A stretch of 64,000 nucleotides of DNA from Acidobacteriota bacterium (GTDB lineage Bacteria > Acidobacteriota > Aminicenantia > UBA2199), in NCBI GenBank assembly GCA_025456205.1, contig JALOLA010000001.1:65459-129458 (forward strand), in the 5' to 3' direction. The notes beneath the pieces are model-generated. The model ran no database searches, was not told the DNA's origin, and saw only the letters and a program-made list of their open reading frames with translations. Position numbers and translations under genes: made by a program. Shown piece after piece: positions 1-10,813 of the stretch (positions within the stretch are counted from its first letter, which is position 1; the number at the start of each line of letters is the position of its first letter).

Positions 1-152
1 GATTTGCCGAAACCGAGCAGGAATAGCGCTTCGATGATGGAGGTCTTGCCGCTGCCGTTGGCGCCGAAGATCAAGTTTTTTTCCTGGCCGAAAGTGATGG
101 TGAAGCCGTTCAGGTTCCGGAAACCGTTAATTTCTAAATTTTTTACGACCAA
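1..152 (-). CDS. recF: DNA replication/repair protein RecF, N-terminal fragment (runs off window)
   Basis: Reverse translation gives LVVKNLEINGFRNLNGFTITFGQEKNLIFGANGSGKTSIIEALFLLGFGK with Walker A GANGSGKT. TTG start lies 8 nt after the dnaN stop. Classic dnaA-dnaN-recF order. Confidence 0.8.
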   Translation of the reverse strand, partial: MVVKNLEINGFRNLNGFTITFGQEKNLIFGANGSGKTSIIEALFLLGFGK

Positions 153-159
153 GCAAAGA

Positions 160-1263
160 TCAGATGTTCAATGGCATCACGATATAGATGAAATGGGCGC
201 CGCTGCCGTTCAGCGGCTTGAACAGGAAGGAGCTCTCGCTGTCGTTGAGGCCGATGCCGATCTTCTCGGCGTCGATATGGGTCAGGAAGTCGAGGATGAA
301 ATTGCCGTTGAAGCCGACACTGACGGGCTTGCCGCTGTATTCGACAGCGATTTCGTCATAACCCTCGCCCTTTTCCGGGGTGGTGCGCTCCAGGACCAGC
401 TTGTTCTTGGAGAACTTGAACACGACCCCGTTGTTGCGCGTCTTGAAGATCAGGATGCGCCGCAGCGTCTGCAGGAGCTCCGCGCTCTTCACGACCGCCG
501 TCTGCTCGGTTTTCTCGGGAATGACCGTCTTGTAATTGGGGAACTTCTGGTCAACGATGCGCGAACACAGGACACGGTTCTTGTGCTTGAAGAAAAGGTT
601 GTTGTTGTCAAAGGCGAACTCGATCTCTCCGGCGCTGCCGATCTTAAGCACCTCGAGCAGCGTCTTGCGCGAAAGGATGTATTCCATCGGCTCGCCGACC
701 GCGGTGTCGGCGTTGAAAAAAGAATACGCCAGGCGATGGCCGTCCGTGGCGGCCATTTCCAGCTTGTTCTTCGAGATGCTCATCAGGGCGCCGCCGAGAT
801 TGAACTTGAGCTCCGGGGAGATGACATAATAGCAGTTGTTGATCATGGCCTGGAAATCATCGAGCGAGAGGGTGACGGCGCTCGCCATGTCGTTGGTCGG
901 CAGCTCGGGATAGTCGGACGACTGCAAACCCAGCATCTTGTACTTGCAGGTTTTTTTCTCGTTGGTGATCATGACCTGCAGGTCATTATCCTCTGAGATC
1001 TCGATGGTGCCCTCAGGCATCTTGGAGACCAGGTCATACAGGTCCTTGCCATTGACGGTGAATGAGCCTGTATTCTTGATCTCCACCTGCAGGTTCGTGA
1101 CCAAGCCGATCTCCAGGTCGGTGGCCACAAATTCCAGGATGCCGCCTTCCAGCGCCGTTAGCTTGATGTTCTGCAGGATCTCCATGATTGCTTTTTTTTC
1201 GAAAATGCCCTGGAACAGACGCAACTCGTTTTCCAGCTTTGCCTTTTCCACAAAAATTTTCAT
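160..1263 (-). CDS. dnaN: DNA polymerase III beta sliding clamp
   Basis: Track ORF 160..1269; full-length clamp-like protein next to dnaA. ATG at 1263 (MKIFVEK) preferred over the TTG at 1269. Confidence 0.95.
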   Translation of the reverse strand: MKIFVEKAKLENELRLFQGIFEKKAIMEILQNIKLTALEGGILEFVATDLEIGLVTNLQVEIKNTGSFTVNGKDLYDLVSKMPEGTIEISEDNDLQVMITNEKKTCKYKMLGLQSSDYPELPTNDMASAVTLSLDDFQAMINNCYYVISPELKFNLGGALMSISKNKLEMAATDGHRLAYSFFNADTAVGEPMEYILSRKTLLEVLKIGSAGEIEFAFDNNNLFFKHKNRVLCSRIVDQKFPNYKTVIPEKTEQTAVVKSAELLQTLRRILIFKTRNNGVVFKFSKNKLVLERTTPEKGEGYDEIAVEYSGKPVSVGFNGNFILDFLTHIDAEKIGIGLNDSESSFLFKPLNGSGAHFIYIVMPLNI

Positions 1264-1269
1264 TTGCAA

Positions 1270-1419
1270 CCTGCCTTAGTATTTTCTATGAAATATCATC
1301 ATAATCAAAATAAACAAAACATGCAACCCAAAAAAGTGGATATCAACCATTTCCCTGATGGATAATGGTTTCCCGACTGCCGGCCGTATGTTGAAAAGTA
1401 TCGGGCGCTGTGGGAAACA
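1270..1419. other. dnaA-dnaN intergenic region, candidate oriC part (AT-rich unwinding stretch plus degenerate DnaA boxes)
   Basis: AT-rich run about 1277-1323. Three 7/9 matches to TGTGGATAA: AGTGGATAT, GATGGATAA, TGTGGGAAA. Confidence 0.45.
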
Positions 1420-2754
1420 TCAATCGGTGAAAAATTCAACATAGGAATTCACTCTTCTGGAAAAGTCCGTATCCGCCTGCAGCAGTTTTTCAATCTTGTT
1501 GATGGAGTGCAGCACGGTGGTGTGGTGCTTGCCGCCGAAGGCCGACCCGATCTCGACCAGCGGCGAGTGCGTCAGCTTCTTGGCCAGGTACATGGCAACC
1601 TGCCGAGGCAGGGCGACCTTCGGGGAGTTGTTCTTTGATTTCAGCTCTTCGATGCGGATATCGAATTTTTCCGAGACGAACTCCTGGATGGTGTCGATGG
1701 TGATGGCTTTTTTCTCGATATTGATATAGGGGCGCAGCGCTTCCTTGGCGAAGGGCAGGGTGATGGTGTCCGACTGCAGGTCGGCGTGCTTCAGGTCGGC
1801 GTAGCCCAACAGCCGGTTCAGCGCCCCCTCCAGCTTGCGAATGTTATCCTTGATGGCGTTGGCCAGGAATTCGATCACCTCGTTGGGGATGGAGAAATCG
1901 TTATGGTAAATGTTCTTTCTTTCGGCGATCTTTTTTTGCAGGATGGCGATGCGTGCCTCCAGGTCGTAGGGGAAAATGTCGACGATGGCCCCCATTTCAA
2001 AGCGGGACTTGATCCTCTTTTCCAGGTCGGGGATGTTGTCCGGATGCTTGTCGGCGCAGATGACGATCTGCTTTTCCTGTTGGATCAGGTTATTGAAAAT
2101 ATAATAGAATTGTTCGCTGGTGCCGCCCCATTTGGTGATATATTGGATATCATCGATCAGCAGCACGTCGATCGACGTGTATTTCTTGATGAAATCGGAG
2201 CGCTTGCTCAGGCGGGTGTACTCCACGTATTCGTTCATGAAGTCGCTGGTGGTCAGGTAGACGACGCTGACCTTGTCGTCGTTCTCGATGATGCGGTTGC
2301 CGATGGCCTGCATCAGGTGGGTTTTTCCCAGGCCGACGTCGCTGTAGATATAGAGTGGATTGTACGATTTGCCGGGGAACTCCGCCACGCTGTGGGCGAA
2401 GGAATAAGCGATACGGTTGGAATCGCTCTGCACCAGGGACTCGAAAGTGTATTTTTTCTGCAGGCGGGAATCGTGGTTGGCGTTCTTGCGGGCGCCGTCG
2501 CCGGGATCCGCCGCGCTCTCCTCCTCATCGAGGGGGACGATCTTGGTGATGAAATTGAAATTGTTCTTGGTGTAATGGTTGATGTCCTCCAGCAGGTTCT
2601 GCTTCACCCACTGCAGGTTCTTTTTATCGGGGGCGCCCAGGAAAAGGGTGTTCTCCAGGCTGCCGATGTATTTCAGGGGCTCGATCCATTTCTTGATCGT
2701 GGGCTCGTCCAGAACGCCTTTCAGGTAGTTTTTCAACTTTTGCAGATTGTCCAT
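1420..2754 (-). CDS. dnaA: Chromosomal replication initiator DnaA
   Basis: Track ORF 1420..2787; Walker A GLGKTHL and C-terminal DNA-binding region. MDNLQKLKNYL...WIEPL fits the usual N-terminus, so ATG 2754 is preferred (GAAGG 4 nt upstream). Confidence 0.95.
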   Translation of the reverse strand: MDNLQKLKNYLKGVLDEPTIKKWIEPLKYIGSLENTLFLGAPDKKNLQWVKQNLLEDINHYTKNNFNFITKIVPLDEEESAADPGDGARKNANHDSRLQKKYTFESLVQSDSNRIAYSFAHSVAEFPGKSYNPLYIYSDVGLGKTHLMQAIGNRIIENDDKVSVVYLTTSDFMNEYVEYTRLSKRSDFIKKYTSIDVLLIDDIQYITKWGGTSEQFYYIFNNLIQQEKQIVICADKHPDNIPDLEKRIKSRFEMGAIVDIFPYDLEARIAILQKKIAERKNIYHNDFSIPNEVIEFLANAIKDNIRKLEGALNRLLGYADLKHADLQSDTITLPFAKEALRPYINIEKKAITIDTIQEFVSEKFDIRIEELKSKNNSPKVALPRQVAMYLAKKLTHSPLVEIGSAFGGKHHTTVLHSINKIEKLLQADTDFSRRVNSYVEFFTD

Positions 2755-2765
2755 CGCCTTCACCA

Positions 2766-2797
2766 TTTTCCACAAAAATTTTAACAAATGTGGAAAA
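2766..2797. promoter_or_regulatory. Inverted pair of DnaA boxes in the dnaA leader
   Basis: TTTTCCACA (2766-2774) and its exact reverse complement TGTGGAAAA (2789-2797). Each is 8/9 to TTATCCACA and fits TTWTNCACA. Confidence 0.6.
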
Positions 2798-2838
2798 AAA
2801 ATATCGTTTCCATCTCGCGGGATCCTTATTACCGCGTC

Positions 2839-2867
2839 ATCTTAGAAGAAAAGCCCCAGGCTGTCAA
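2839..2867 (-). promoter_or_regulatory. dnaA promoter
   Basis: Minus strand reads TTGACA-gcctggggcttttcttc(17)-TAAGAT. Confidence 0.6.
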
Positions 2868-2870
2868 GCC

Positions 2871-2899
2871 TTGACAAAAAAAATCTTTTTGGGTATATG
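2871..2899 (+). promoter_or_regulatory. glnA promoter (weaker -10)
   Basis: TTGACA-17 nt-TATATG. The -10 overlaps the ATG at 2897 and lies 6 nt before the in-frame ATG at 2906. Confidence 0.45.
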
Positions 2900-4285
2900 G
2901 CAGGAATGAATGAAAAAAACATGCTGTCCGCCACGCAACGGAAAATGAAGGAAATGCAGGTCGAGTTCATCGACCTGAAGACGCTCGACCTGAAGGGGAA
3001 GCTTCATTCGCTCATCCTCCCGGTTGCCATGATGGATGACAAGCTGCTCGGCGGCGGCGTGGGTTTCGACGCCTCCTCCTACGGTTTCGCCAAGCCCGAG
3101 AAAAGCGATATGGTCATGATCCCCGACCTGGGGACCATGATCATTGATCCTTTCCGCGCCCGCAAGACGGCGATCTTCATGGCCGACATCCATCTGACCG
3201 ATCGCGCCCGCACCCGTTTTCCCGAGGACCCGCGTTTCGTGGCCGCCAAGGCCGAGGATGCACTGGTCAAGTCCAAGGTTGGCACCAAGGCGCTGTTCGG
3301 CCCGGAATTCGAGTTTTTCATCTTCAAGGAAGCCGAGTTCGGCGTCCAGGAAGACGGGAATTACTATTTCCTCAAGAAAGACAGCGAGTCCAGGAGCAAC
3401 CAGTACCATGCCGGTTCGCCCGAGGACGAGCACGTCGATTTCAAGAACGAGGCCGTCGCCATCCTGCAGGACCTGGGCATCGAGATCAAGTATCACCACC
3501 ACGAGGTCGCCGTCAACCAGCACGAGATCGAGACCAAGTTCAACCCCCTGCTTAAAACAGCCGACCAGGCGGTGATCATCAAGTACGTCCTGTTCAACCT
3601 GGCCAAAAAACACGGATTGTTCTTGACGTTTATGCCCAAGCCTTTCTTCGGCAAAGCCGGCAACGGCTGGCACGTGCACCAGTTCATCCTGAACCGCGAA
3701 GCCAACGTTTTCCTGAAAAAGGGCAATTATGCCAATTTTTCCGATACCGGCCTGCATTACCTGTCGGGCCTGCTGTTCCACTCGGGCTCCCTGAGCGCTT
3801 TCTCCAATCCCTCCACCAACTCCTACAAGCGTCTGGTCCGGGGCTTCGAGGCGCCGGTCTCGGCGATCTTCGCCACGTCCAATCGCAACGCGGCCATCCG
3901 CATCCCGGCTTACGTGGCGGAGAATGAGACGCGCTTGGAGTATCGTCCCGGCGACGCCGCCGCGAATCCCTACCTGTTCCTGTCGGCGATGCTTTTGTCG
4001 GGGATCGACGGCGTGTTCAAGAACCTCTCGCCGGAAAAATACAATTTCGGGCCTTTCGACGGCGCCATTCCCGACGCCAAGGTGTTCAAGGACAAGATCA
4101 AGCTGCTGCCGGCCGACCTGGCCGAGGCCCTGGATCACCTGGAAAGGGACAATGAGTACCTGAAATACAACAACGTGTTCGACGACGCGCTCATCCAGCA
4201 ATGGCTGAAGATCAAGCGCGCCGAGATCGCCGAGATCGCCCAGATCCCCCATCCGAAAGAATTCGAAATGTATTTTAACTTCTGA
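2897..4285 (+). CDS. glnA: Glutamine synthetase (type I-like)
   Basis: Motifs GPEFEFFIF, HHHEVA..QHEI, NSYKRLV, NRNAAIRIP. The real start may be the in-frame ATG at 2906 if the promoter call is right. Confidence 0.93.
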   Translation: MAGMNEKNMLSATQRKMKEMQVEFIDLKTLDLKGKLHSLILPVAMMDDKLLGGGVGFDASSYGFAKPEKSDMVMIPDLGTMIIDPFRARKTAIFMADIHLTDRARTRFPEDPRFVAAKAEDALVKSKVGTKALFGPEFEFFIFKEAEFGVQEDGNYYFLKKDSESRSNQYHAGSPEDEHVDFKNEAVAILQDLGIEIKYHHHEVAVNQHEIETKFNPLLKTADQAVIIKYVLFNLAKKHGLFLTFMPKPFFGKAGNGWHVHQFILNREANVFLKKGNYANFSDTGLHYLSGLLFHSGSLSAFSNPSTNSYKRLVRGFEAPVSAIFATSNRNAAIRIPAYVAENETRLEYRPGDAAANPYLFLSAMLLSGIDGVFKNLSPEKYNFGPFDGAIPDAKVFKDKIKLLPADLAEALDHLERDNEYLKYNNVFDDALIQQWLKIKRAEIAEIAQIPHPKEFEMYFNF

Positions 4286-4290
4286 CCTTG

Positions 4291-4452
4291 TTGAAAACCA
4301 TCGTAAAGAGGATATTGGCCGGCGCGGTGATCGTGTTGGTCTTTTTCGCCCCTTTCCTGCTGCTGATCGATTTCGCCAAGTTCGTCCCCGTGGTGCTCAC
4401 CGTCTGGCTGCTCTCCGCCGTTTATTTTGTTTTCATCAAAAGCCGCCGCTGA
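4291..4452 (+). CDS. Hypothetical 53-aa two-TM membrane peptide (TTG start; below track cutoff)
   Basis: Open frame LKTIVKRILAGAVIVLVFFAPFLLLIDFAKFVPVVLTVWLLSAVYFVFIKSRR with host-like GC3 usage. No SD; starts 5 nt after the glnA stop. Confidence 0.35.
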   Translation: MKTIVKRILAGAVIVLVFFAPFLLLIDFAKFVPVVLTVWLLSAVYFVFIKSRR

Positions 4453-4469
4453 CCCGGGGCCTTGCCCCA

Positions 4470-4485
4470 TGTTCCACGTGAAACA
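4470..4485. promoter_or_regulatory. parS centromere-like site 1
   Basis: TGTTCCACGTGAAACA matches the ParB-binding consensus TGTTNCACGTGAAACA at 16/16. Confidence 0.85.
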
Positions 4486-4533
4486 TTTCCCGATGGTCCC
4501 GCGGTTGCGGGCGGTCCTCCAGGAGCGCAACGC

Positions 4534-5097
4534 ATGAGTATTGACGCTTTCATCGATATTCTCCTGGCATACAACCAGAAGGTCAACCTGGTCTCGCGGC
4601 ATTCGACCCGCGCCTCGCTGGGGGCGCTGGTCACCGAGTCCCTGCTGCTGAAAGACCTCATCTCCACGCCGCTCCTGGTCGACGCCGGCAGCGGCGGCGG
4701 ATTGCTGGGCATTCCCCTGGCCATCTCCCTGCCCGCAAAAGAATTCATTCTGGTGGAGAGCATCCACAAGAAGGTCGTTTTCTTGAATGAGGCGCTGCGC
4801 AGCCTGGGATTGGGCAATGCCGTCGTCCGCGAGGGGGCGGTGCAGGAATTCATGCACCGCCATGACCGTTTCGAAAGCACTCTGGCCGCCCGCGGCTTTC
4901 CGGCCGGCGAGGCGCTGGCCGAGTTCGTCCACCGGCGCAAGGTGCGCGAGCTGTTGCTCATCTCCTCGCCGGACAAAATCAAGAAAATTCAGAACACGGT
5001 GGCAAATATCCGCCAAACCCGCTATAATATACCCTCAAGGGACAACCTGGTCATTTTCAAACTGGAGAATGTTTCACGTGAAACGCGATCACCATGA
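4534..5097 (+). CDS. rsmG: 16S rRNA (guanine527-N7)-methyltransferase RsmG/GidB
   Basis: Track ORF 4462..5097; SAM motif VDAGSGGGLLGIPLAI. MSIDAFIDILLAYNQKVNLVS is a typical N-terminus. The upstream extension is just translated parS. Confidence 0.85.
   Translation: MSIDAFIDILLAYNQKVNLVSRHSTRASLGALVTESLLLKDLISTPLLVDAGSGGGLLGIPLAISLPAKEFILVESIHKKVVFLNEALRSLGLGNAVVREGAVQEFMHRHDRFESTLAARGFPAGEALAEFVHRRKVRELLLISSPDKIKKIQNTVANIRQTRYNIPSRDNLVIFKLENVSRETRSP
5070..5085. promoter_or_regulatory. parS centromere-like site 2 (inside the rsmG 3' end)
   Basis: TGTTTCACGTGAAACG, 15/16 to the parS consensus, 9 nt before the parA start. Confidence 0.75.
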
Positions 5098-5852
5098 GTG
5101 AAATTATTGCTGTTGCCAACCAGAAAGGGGGCGTGGGCAAGACCACGACGGCCATCAACCTGTCGGCGGCCCTGGCCATCGCCGAAAAGAAGATCCTGCT
5201 CGTTGACCTCGACCCGCAGGCCAATGCCACCACCGGGCTGGGCCTGGACAAGAACGCCCTGAAAAAGGACATCTATTCCGTCTTGGCCGGCGAAGCCGGC
5301 GTCCGCGAGGCCGTTCTCGCCACCGAGCTGAAGTACCTGAGCGTGATCCCCGCCATGCGCAGCCTGGCCCGCTTCGAGATGGAGGCCGTCTCGGACGACA
5401 GCAATCACCTGTACCTGAAGAACGCCCTGCTCGAGCTGGGGGATGAGTTCGAGTACATCGTGATGGACCTGCCCCCCTCGCTGGGCTTGTTGACCATCAA
5501 TGCCCTGACCGCCGCCCATAACGTGTTGATCCCGATCCAGGCCGAGTATTACGCGCTGGAGGGATTGTCGGACCTGATGAACACCATCAACCGCATCAAG
5601 GAGAACTTCAACCCCGTACTGGAGATCAAGGGCGTCCTGCTGACCATGTATGACGAGCGCACCAACCTTTCCCGGCAGATCGAGGACGAGCTGCGCAAAT
5701 TTTTCAAAGCGAAGGTCTATGACACCGTGATCGCGCGCAATATCCGGCTCTCTGAGGCGCCGAGCTTCGGCAAGCCCATCCAGCTTTATGATATCAAGTC
5801 GGCGGGGGCCCGCGCCTATATGTCCTTGGCCAAGGAGATGACGGGAAAATGA
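5094..5852 (+). CDS. parA: Chromosome partitioning ATPase ParA/Soj
   Basis: Deviant Walker A NQKGGVGKTTT. 4-nt overlap with rsmG and with parB. Confidence 0.95.
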   Translation: MSEIIAVANQKGGVGKTTTAINLSAALAIAEKKILLVDLDPQANATTGLGLDKNALKKDIYSVLAGEAGVREAVLATELKYLSVIPAMRSLARFEMEAVSDDSNHLYLKNALLELGDEFEYIVMDLPPSLGLLTINALTAAHNVLIPIQAEYYALEGLSDLMNTINRIKENFNPVLEIKGVLLTMYDERTNLSRQIEDELRKFFKAKVYDTVIARNIRLSEAPSFGKPIQLYDIKSAGARAYMSLAKEMTGK

Positions 5853-6688
5853 AACGCAAAGTACTGGGAAAGGGGATTGCGGCCATCATCGCCAACGAGC
5901 CGCTGGGAAAGAACAAACTGGTCGACCTCGACGTGGACAGCATCCATCCCAATCCCTTCCAGCCGCGCAAGACGTTCCAGAAGAATGCCCTGCAGCAGCT
6001 GGCGGACTCCATGAAGGAAGACGGCATCATCCAGCCGGTCGTGGTCTACAAGCGCGACGGCAAGTATTTCCTGGTGGTCGGCGAGCGCCGCTGGCGCGCC
6101 GCCCAGCTGCTGAAATGGGAAAAGATCCCGGCGGTGGTCAGAGAGTTCTCCGACAATGATGTCATGGCCAAGGCGCTGGTCGAGAACATCCAGCGCGAGG
6201 ACCTCAATGCCATCGAGATCGCCGAGGGCATCGAGGCGCTGATGGCCCAGAGCGGCGAGGGGCAGCAGGAGACCGCGGAAAAGCTGGGCATGAACCGGGC
6301 GACGCTGGCCAATTTTCTCCGGCTGCTGAAGCTGCCGGTGCCGGTCAAGGATGCCATCGTCCTGGGCAAGCTCGACCAGGGTCATGCCCGCGCCCTGCTG
6401 GCTTTGAAAAGCGAAGGGGAGATCCTGTCCGCCGCCGCCCAGGTCATGCGCAAGGGCCTGTCGGTGCGGCAGACGGAGATGCTGGTCAATAAATTCGAGG
6501 CGGGCGGCAAAAAAAGCAGGCCAGGCCCTGACCCCGATATCGTCAAGATGGAGAACCGCCTGACCCACAGCCTGGCGGCCAAGGTGAAGCTGGTCTATGC
6601 CAGGACGGGCAAGGGCAAGGTGGAGATCTTCTTCAATTCCCTGGACGAGTTCGACCGGCTTTACGCCATTCTTTGCAAGGAGAAGTAG
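5849..6688 (+). CDS. parB: Chromosome partitioning protein ParB/Spo0J
   Basis: ParB box GERRWRAA; HTH region; follows parA. Confidence 0.95.
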   Translation: MKRKVLGKGIAAIIANEPLGKNKLVDLDVDSIHPNPFQPRKTFQKNALQQLADSMKEDGIIQPVVVYKRDGKYFLVVGERRWRAAQLLKWEKIPAVVREFSDNDVMAKALVENIQREDLNAIEIAEGIEALMAQSGEGQQETAEKLGMNRATLANFLRLLKLPVPVKDAIVLGKLDQGHARALLALKSEGEILSAAAQVMRKGLSVRQTEMLVNKFEAGGKKSRPGPDPDIVKMENRLTHSLAAKVKLVYARTGKGKVEIFFNSLDEFDRLYAILCKEK

Positions 6689-6689
6689 C

Positions 6690-7072
6690 ATGAACAAAAT
6701 CGAGACCCCCATGAAGATCAGCGGTTTCATCGACCGCGACAGCGAGATCGTCGGTGATATCAAGTTCAAGGAGAATTTCCGCATCGACGGTGTCTTCAAG
6801 GGCAAGATCCTCGCGGGCAACGGCCTGATCATCGGCGAGACCGGCGAGATCGAGGCCGATATCGAGGTGGTCAGCATCGCCATCAACGGCCGGGTCAAGG
6901 GCTCGATCAAGGCCAAGGAGCGGATCGAGATCTTTTCCAAGGGCCGGGTCATCGGCGCGGTTTCCGCGCCCAAGCTGATCATCGAGGACGGCGCCTTTTT
7001 CCAGGGCTCATGCCAGATGGAGATGAAGGCCCTGGACAGCAAGACGCGCGACGGCGAGGCCAAGACCGTCAA

Positions 7073-7076
<4 letters not shown>
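6690..7076 (+). CDS. Bactofilin (polymer-forming cytoskeletal protein, DUF583)
   Basis: ATG 1 nt after the parB stop. Repetitive beta-helix pattern: IVGDIKF..FRIDGVFKGKI..GLIIGETGEIEADI..IAINGRVKGSI. Confidence 0.85.
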
Positions 7077-9395
<2,319 letters not shown>

Positions 9396-9416
9396 GGGAG
9401 CCCCCGGGAGGGGATC

Positions 9417-10304
9417 TCAGGGAACCTTGACGAACTCGTAAAAAACGCTTTTCACCATGGCGGTGACGTTGATCACCAGGGCTTCCCGCGGCCCCATGAT
9501 GGTCGGGGACGCGTATTCCTCGGCCAGCAGGCGATCGGCGATCCGGGCGAAATCCTGGCTGTGGCCCAGCCAGGCCATGATCTTTTCTTTCAATTTCCGC
9601 GTCTCGGCCAGCGAGGCGGAGAGGAATTCCCGCACCCTGACCTTGCCCTTGACGGCCGTGTTGTGCGCCAGGGCCAGGACCTCGGCGTCGAGGGCCAGCA
9701 GTTTTTCCAGCGATCTTTCATACTGGGTGTAGCTGGAGAGAAAGAGGGGCTTGATCTTGCCGTCCGTTTCCATCACGCCGGCGGCATCGCCGGGAAAAAG
9801 GATCTTCTCGGGCTGCAGGAGGAAGGAGATGGAGCAGCGGGTATGCCCCGGCGTCTCGAACACCTCGAAGAACTGGCCGCCGGGCAGAGGTATGCGATCA
9901 TTCTCGCCGACGGCGCGGATGGCGCGCGGCTTGGTGAAGACCGATGGGGAACGGTCGTTCAGGATGCGCTTGAATTTCTGGTTCAGGTCGTCGATGAAGG
10001 CGACGGCCTTGTCGTTCTCAAGGATCTCCTTGGTGCGCCGCGAGGCGACGATCTCGAAGCTGTATTTTTCCTGAAGGCGGGAGCAGGCCCCGGTGTGGTC
10101 GTAATGGGAATGAGTGAGCAGGACCATGGCGATAGCGGCGTCTCCCAGCAACGCCTCCAAGTTTCTTTCGATCTCGCCGGCCTTGGCCAGGATGGCGCAG
10201 TCGATCAGCACATTGCGCTCGCCGCGGACCACGTACAGCGGGAACATGGCGTCGCGCATGGCCGCGACGTTGGCCCGCAGGGTGACGAAGGGGGAGCGAC
10301 TCAC
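9417..10304 (-). CDS. MBL-fold metallo-hydrolase
   Basis: HxHxDH motif LTHSHYDHTG. GTG at 10304 overlaps the upstream stop (GTGA). The track's N-terminal extension to 10463 overlaps the nitroreductase gene. Confidence 0.8.
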   Translation of the reverse strand: MSRSPFVTLRANVAAMRDAMFPLYVVRGERNVLIDCAILAKAGEIERNLEALLGDAAIAMVLLTHSHYDHTGACSRLQEKYSFEIVASRRTKEILENDKAVAFIDDLNQKFKRILNDRSPSVFTKPRAIRAVGENDRIPLPGGQFFEVFETPGHTRCSISFLLQPEKILFPGDAAGVMETDGKIKPLFLSSYTQYERSLEKLLALDAEVLALAHNTAVKGKVRVREFLSASLAETRKLKEKIMAWLGHSQDFARIADRLLAEEYASPTIMGPREALVINVTAMVKSVFYEFVKVP

Positions 10305-10813
10305 CAGTGCTCCCAGCCATAGAGCTCCCTGGCCGGCTTGCGTTCCCTGGGCTCGGGGAGACGGGCGGGGTAGCCGAGGCTCATCAGCTCCACGATGCGC
10401 ACGTCTTCGGGGACCCAGAGCACGCGCTTGGCCTGGCCCTCGTCGAAAGAGCCGATCCAGCAAGTGCCCAGGCCCTCGCGCACGGCCTGCAGGGCGATGT
10501 GCTCGAGGACGATCGCCAGGTCGATGAGGAAGGCCGGATGACCGCAGCGCATGACGTAACCCGGGTTCAGGGCGCAGGCGGCCAGGATGAGCGGCGCGCC
10601 CTTGAGGAAAGGCTGGCGGGGGGAGGCTTCGTCGACCAGGCGGGCCTTCAGCGCCGGGTCGCTGACGATCAGGATGCGCCAGTCCTGCTGGTTGCGCGCG
10701 GTGGGCGCCAGGCGCCCCGCCTCGAGGATGCGCTGCAGCTTTTCTTTTTCAACCGGGCCGGAAGCGTATTCGCGTACCGAGCGCCGGGCGACGATCTCCT
10801 CGATGACCGTCAT
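10301..10813 (-). CDS. Nitroreductase family protein
   Basis: MTVIEEIVARRSVREY...APTARNQQDWR is a typical nitroreductase N-terminus. ATGA overlap with the upstream gene. Confidence 0.85.
   Translation of the reverse strand: MTVIEEIVARRSVREYASGPVEKEKLQRILEAGRLAPTARNQQDWRILIVSDPALKARLVDEASPRQPFLKGAPLILAACALNPGYVMRCGHPAFLIDLAIVLEHIALQAVREGLGTCWIGSFDEGQAKRVLWVPEDVRIVELMSLGYPARLPEPRERKPARELYGWEHW

Noticed and set aside
4223-4249. A 9-nt tandem gagatcgcc gagatcgcc cagatcccc.
   Set aside because: It lies inside the glnA 3' end and simply encodes AEIAEIAQI. It is too short and imperfect to be a repeat element.
2864-4252. A 462-aa reverse-strand ORF that almost exactly mirrors glnA.
   Set aside because: The product is a G/D/L/V/R/E-rich low-complexity sequence with no motifs. 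glnA on the plus strand carries all glutamine synthetase signatures. Stop-free antisense frames are expected when the third codon position is GC-rich.
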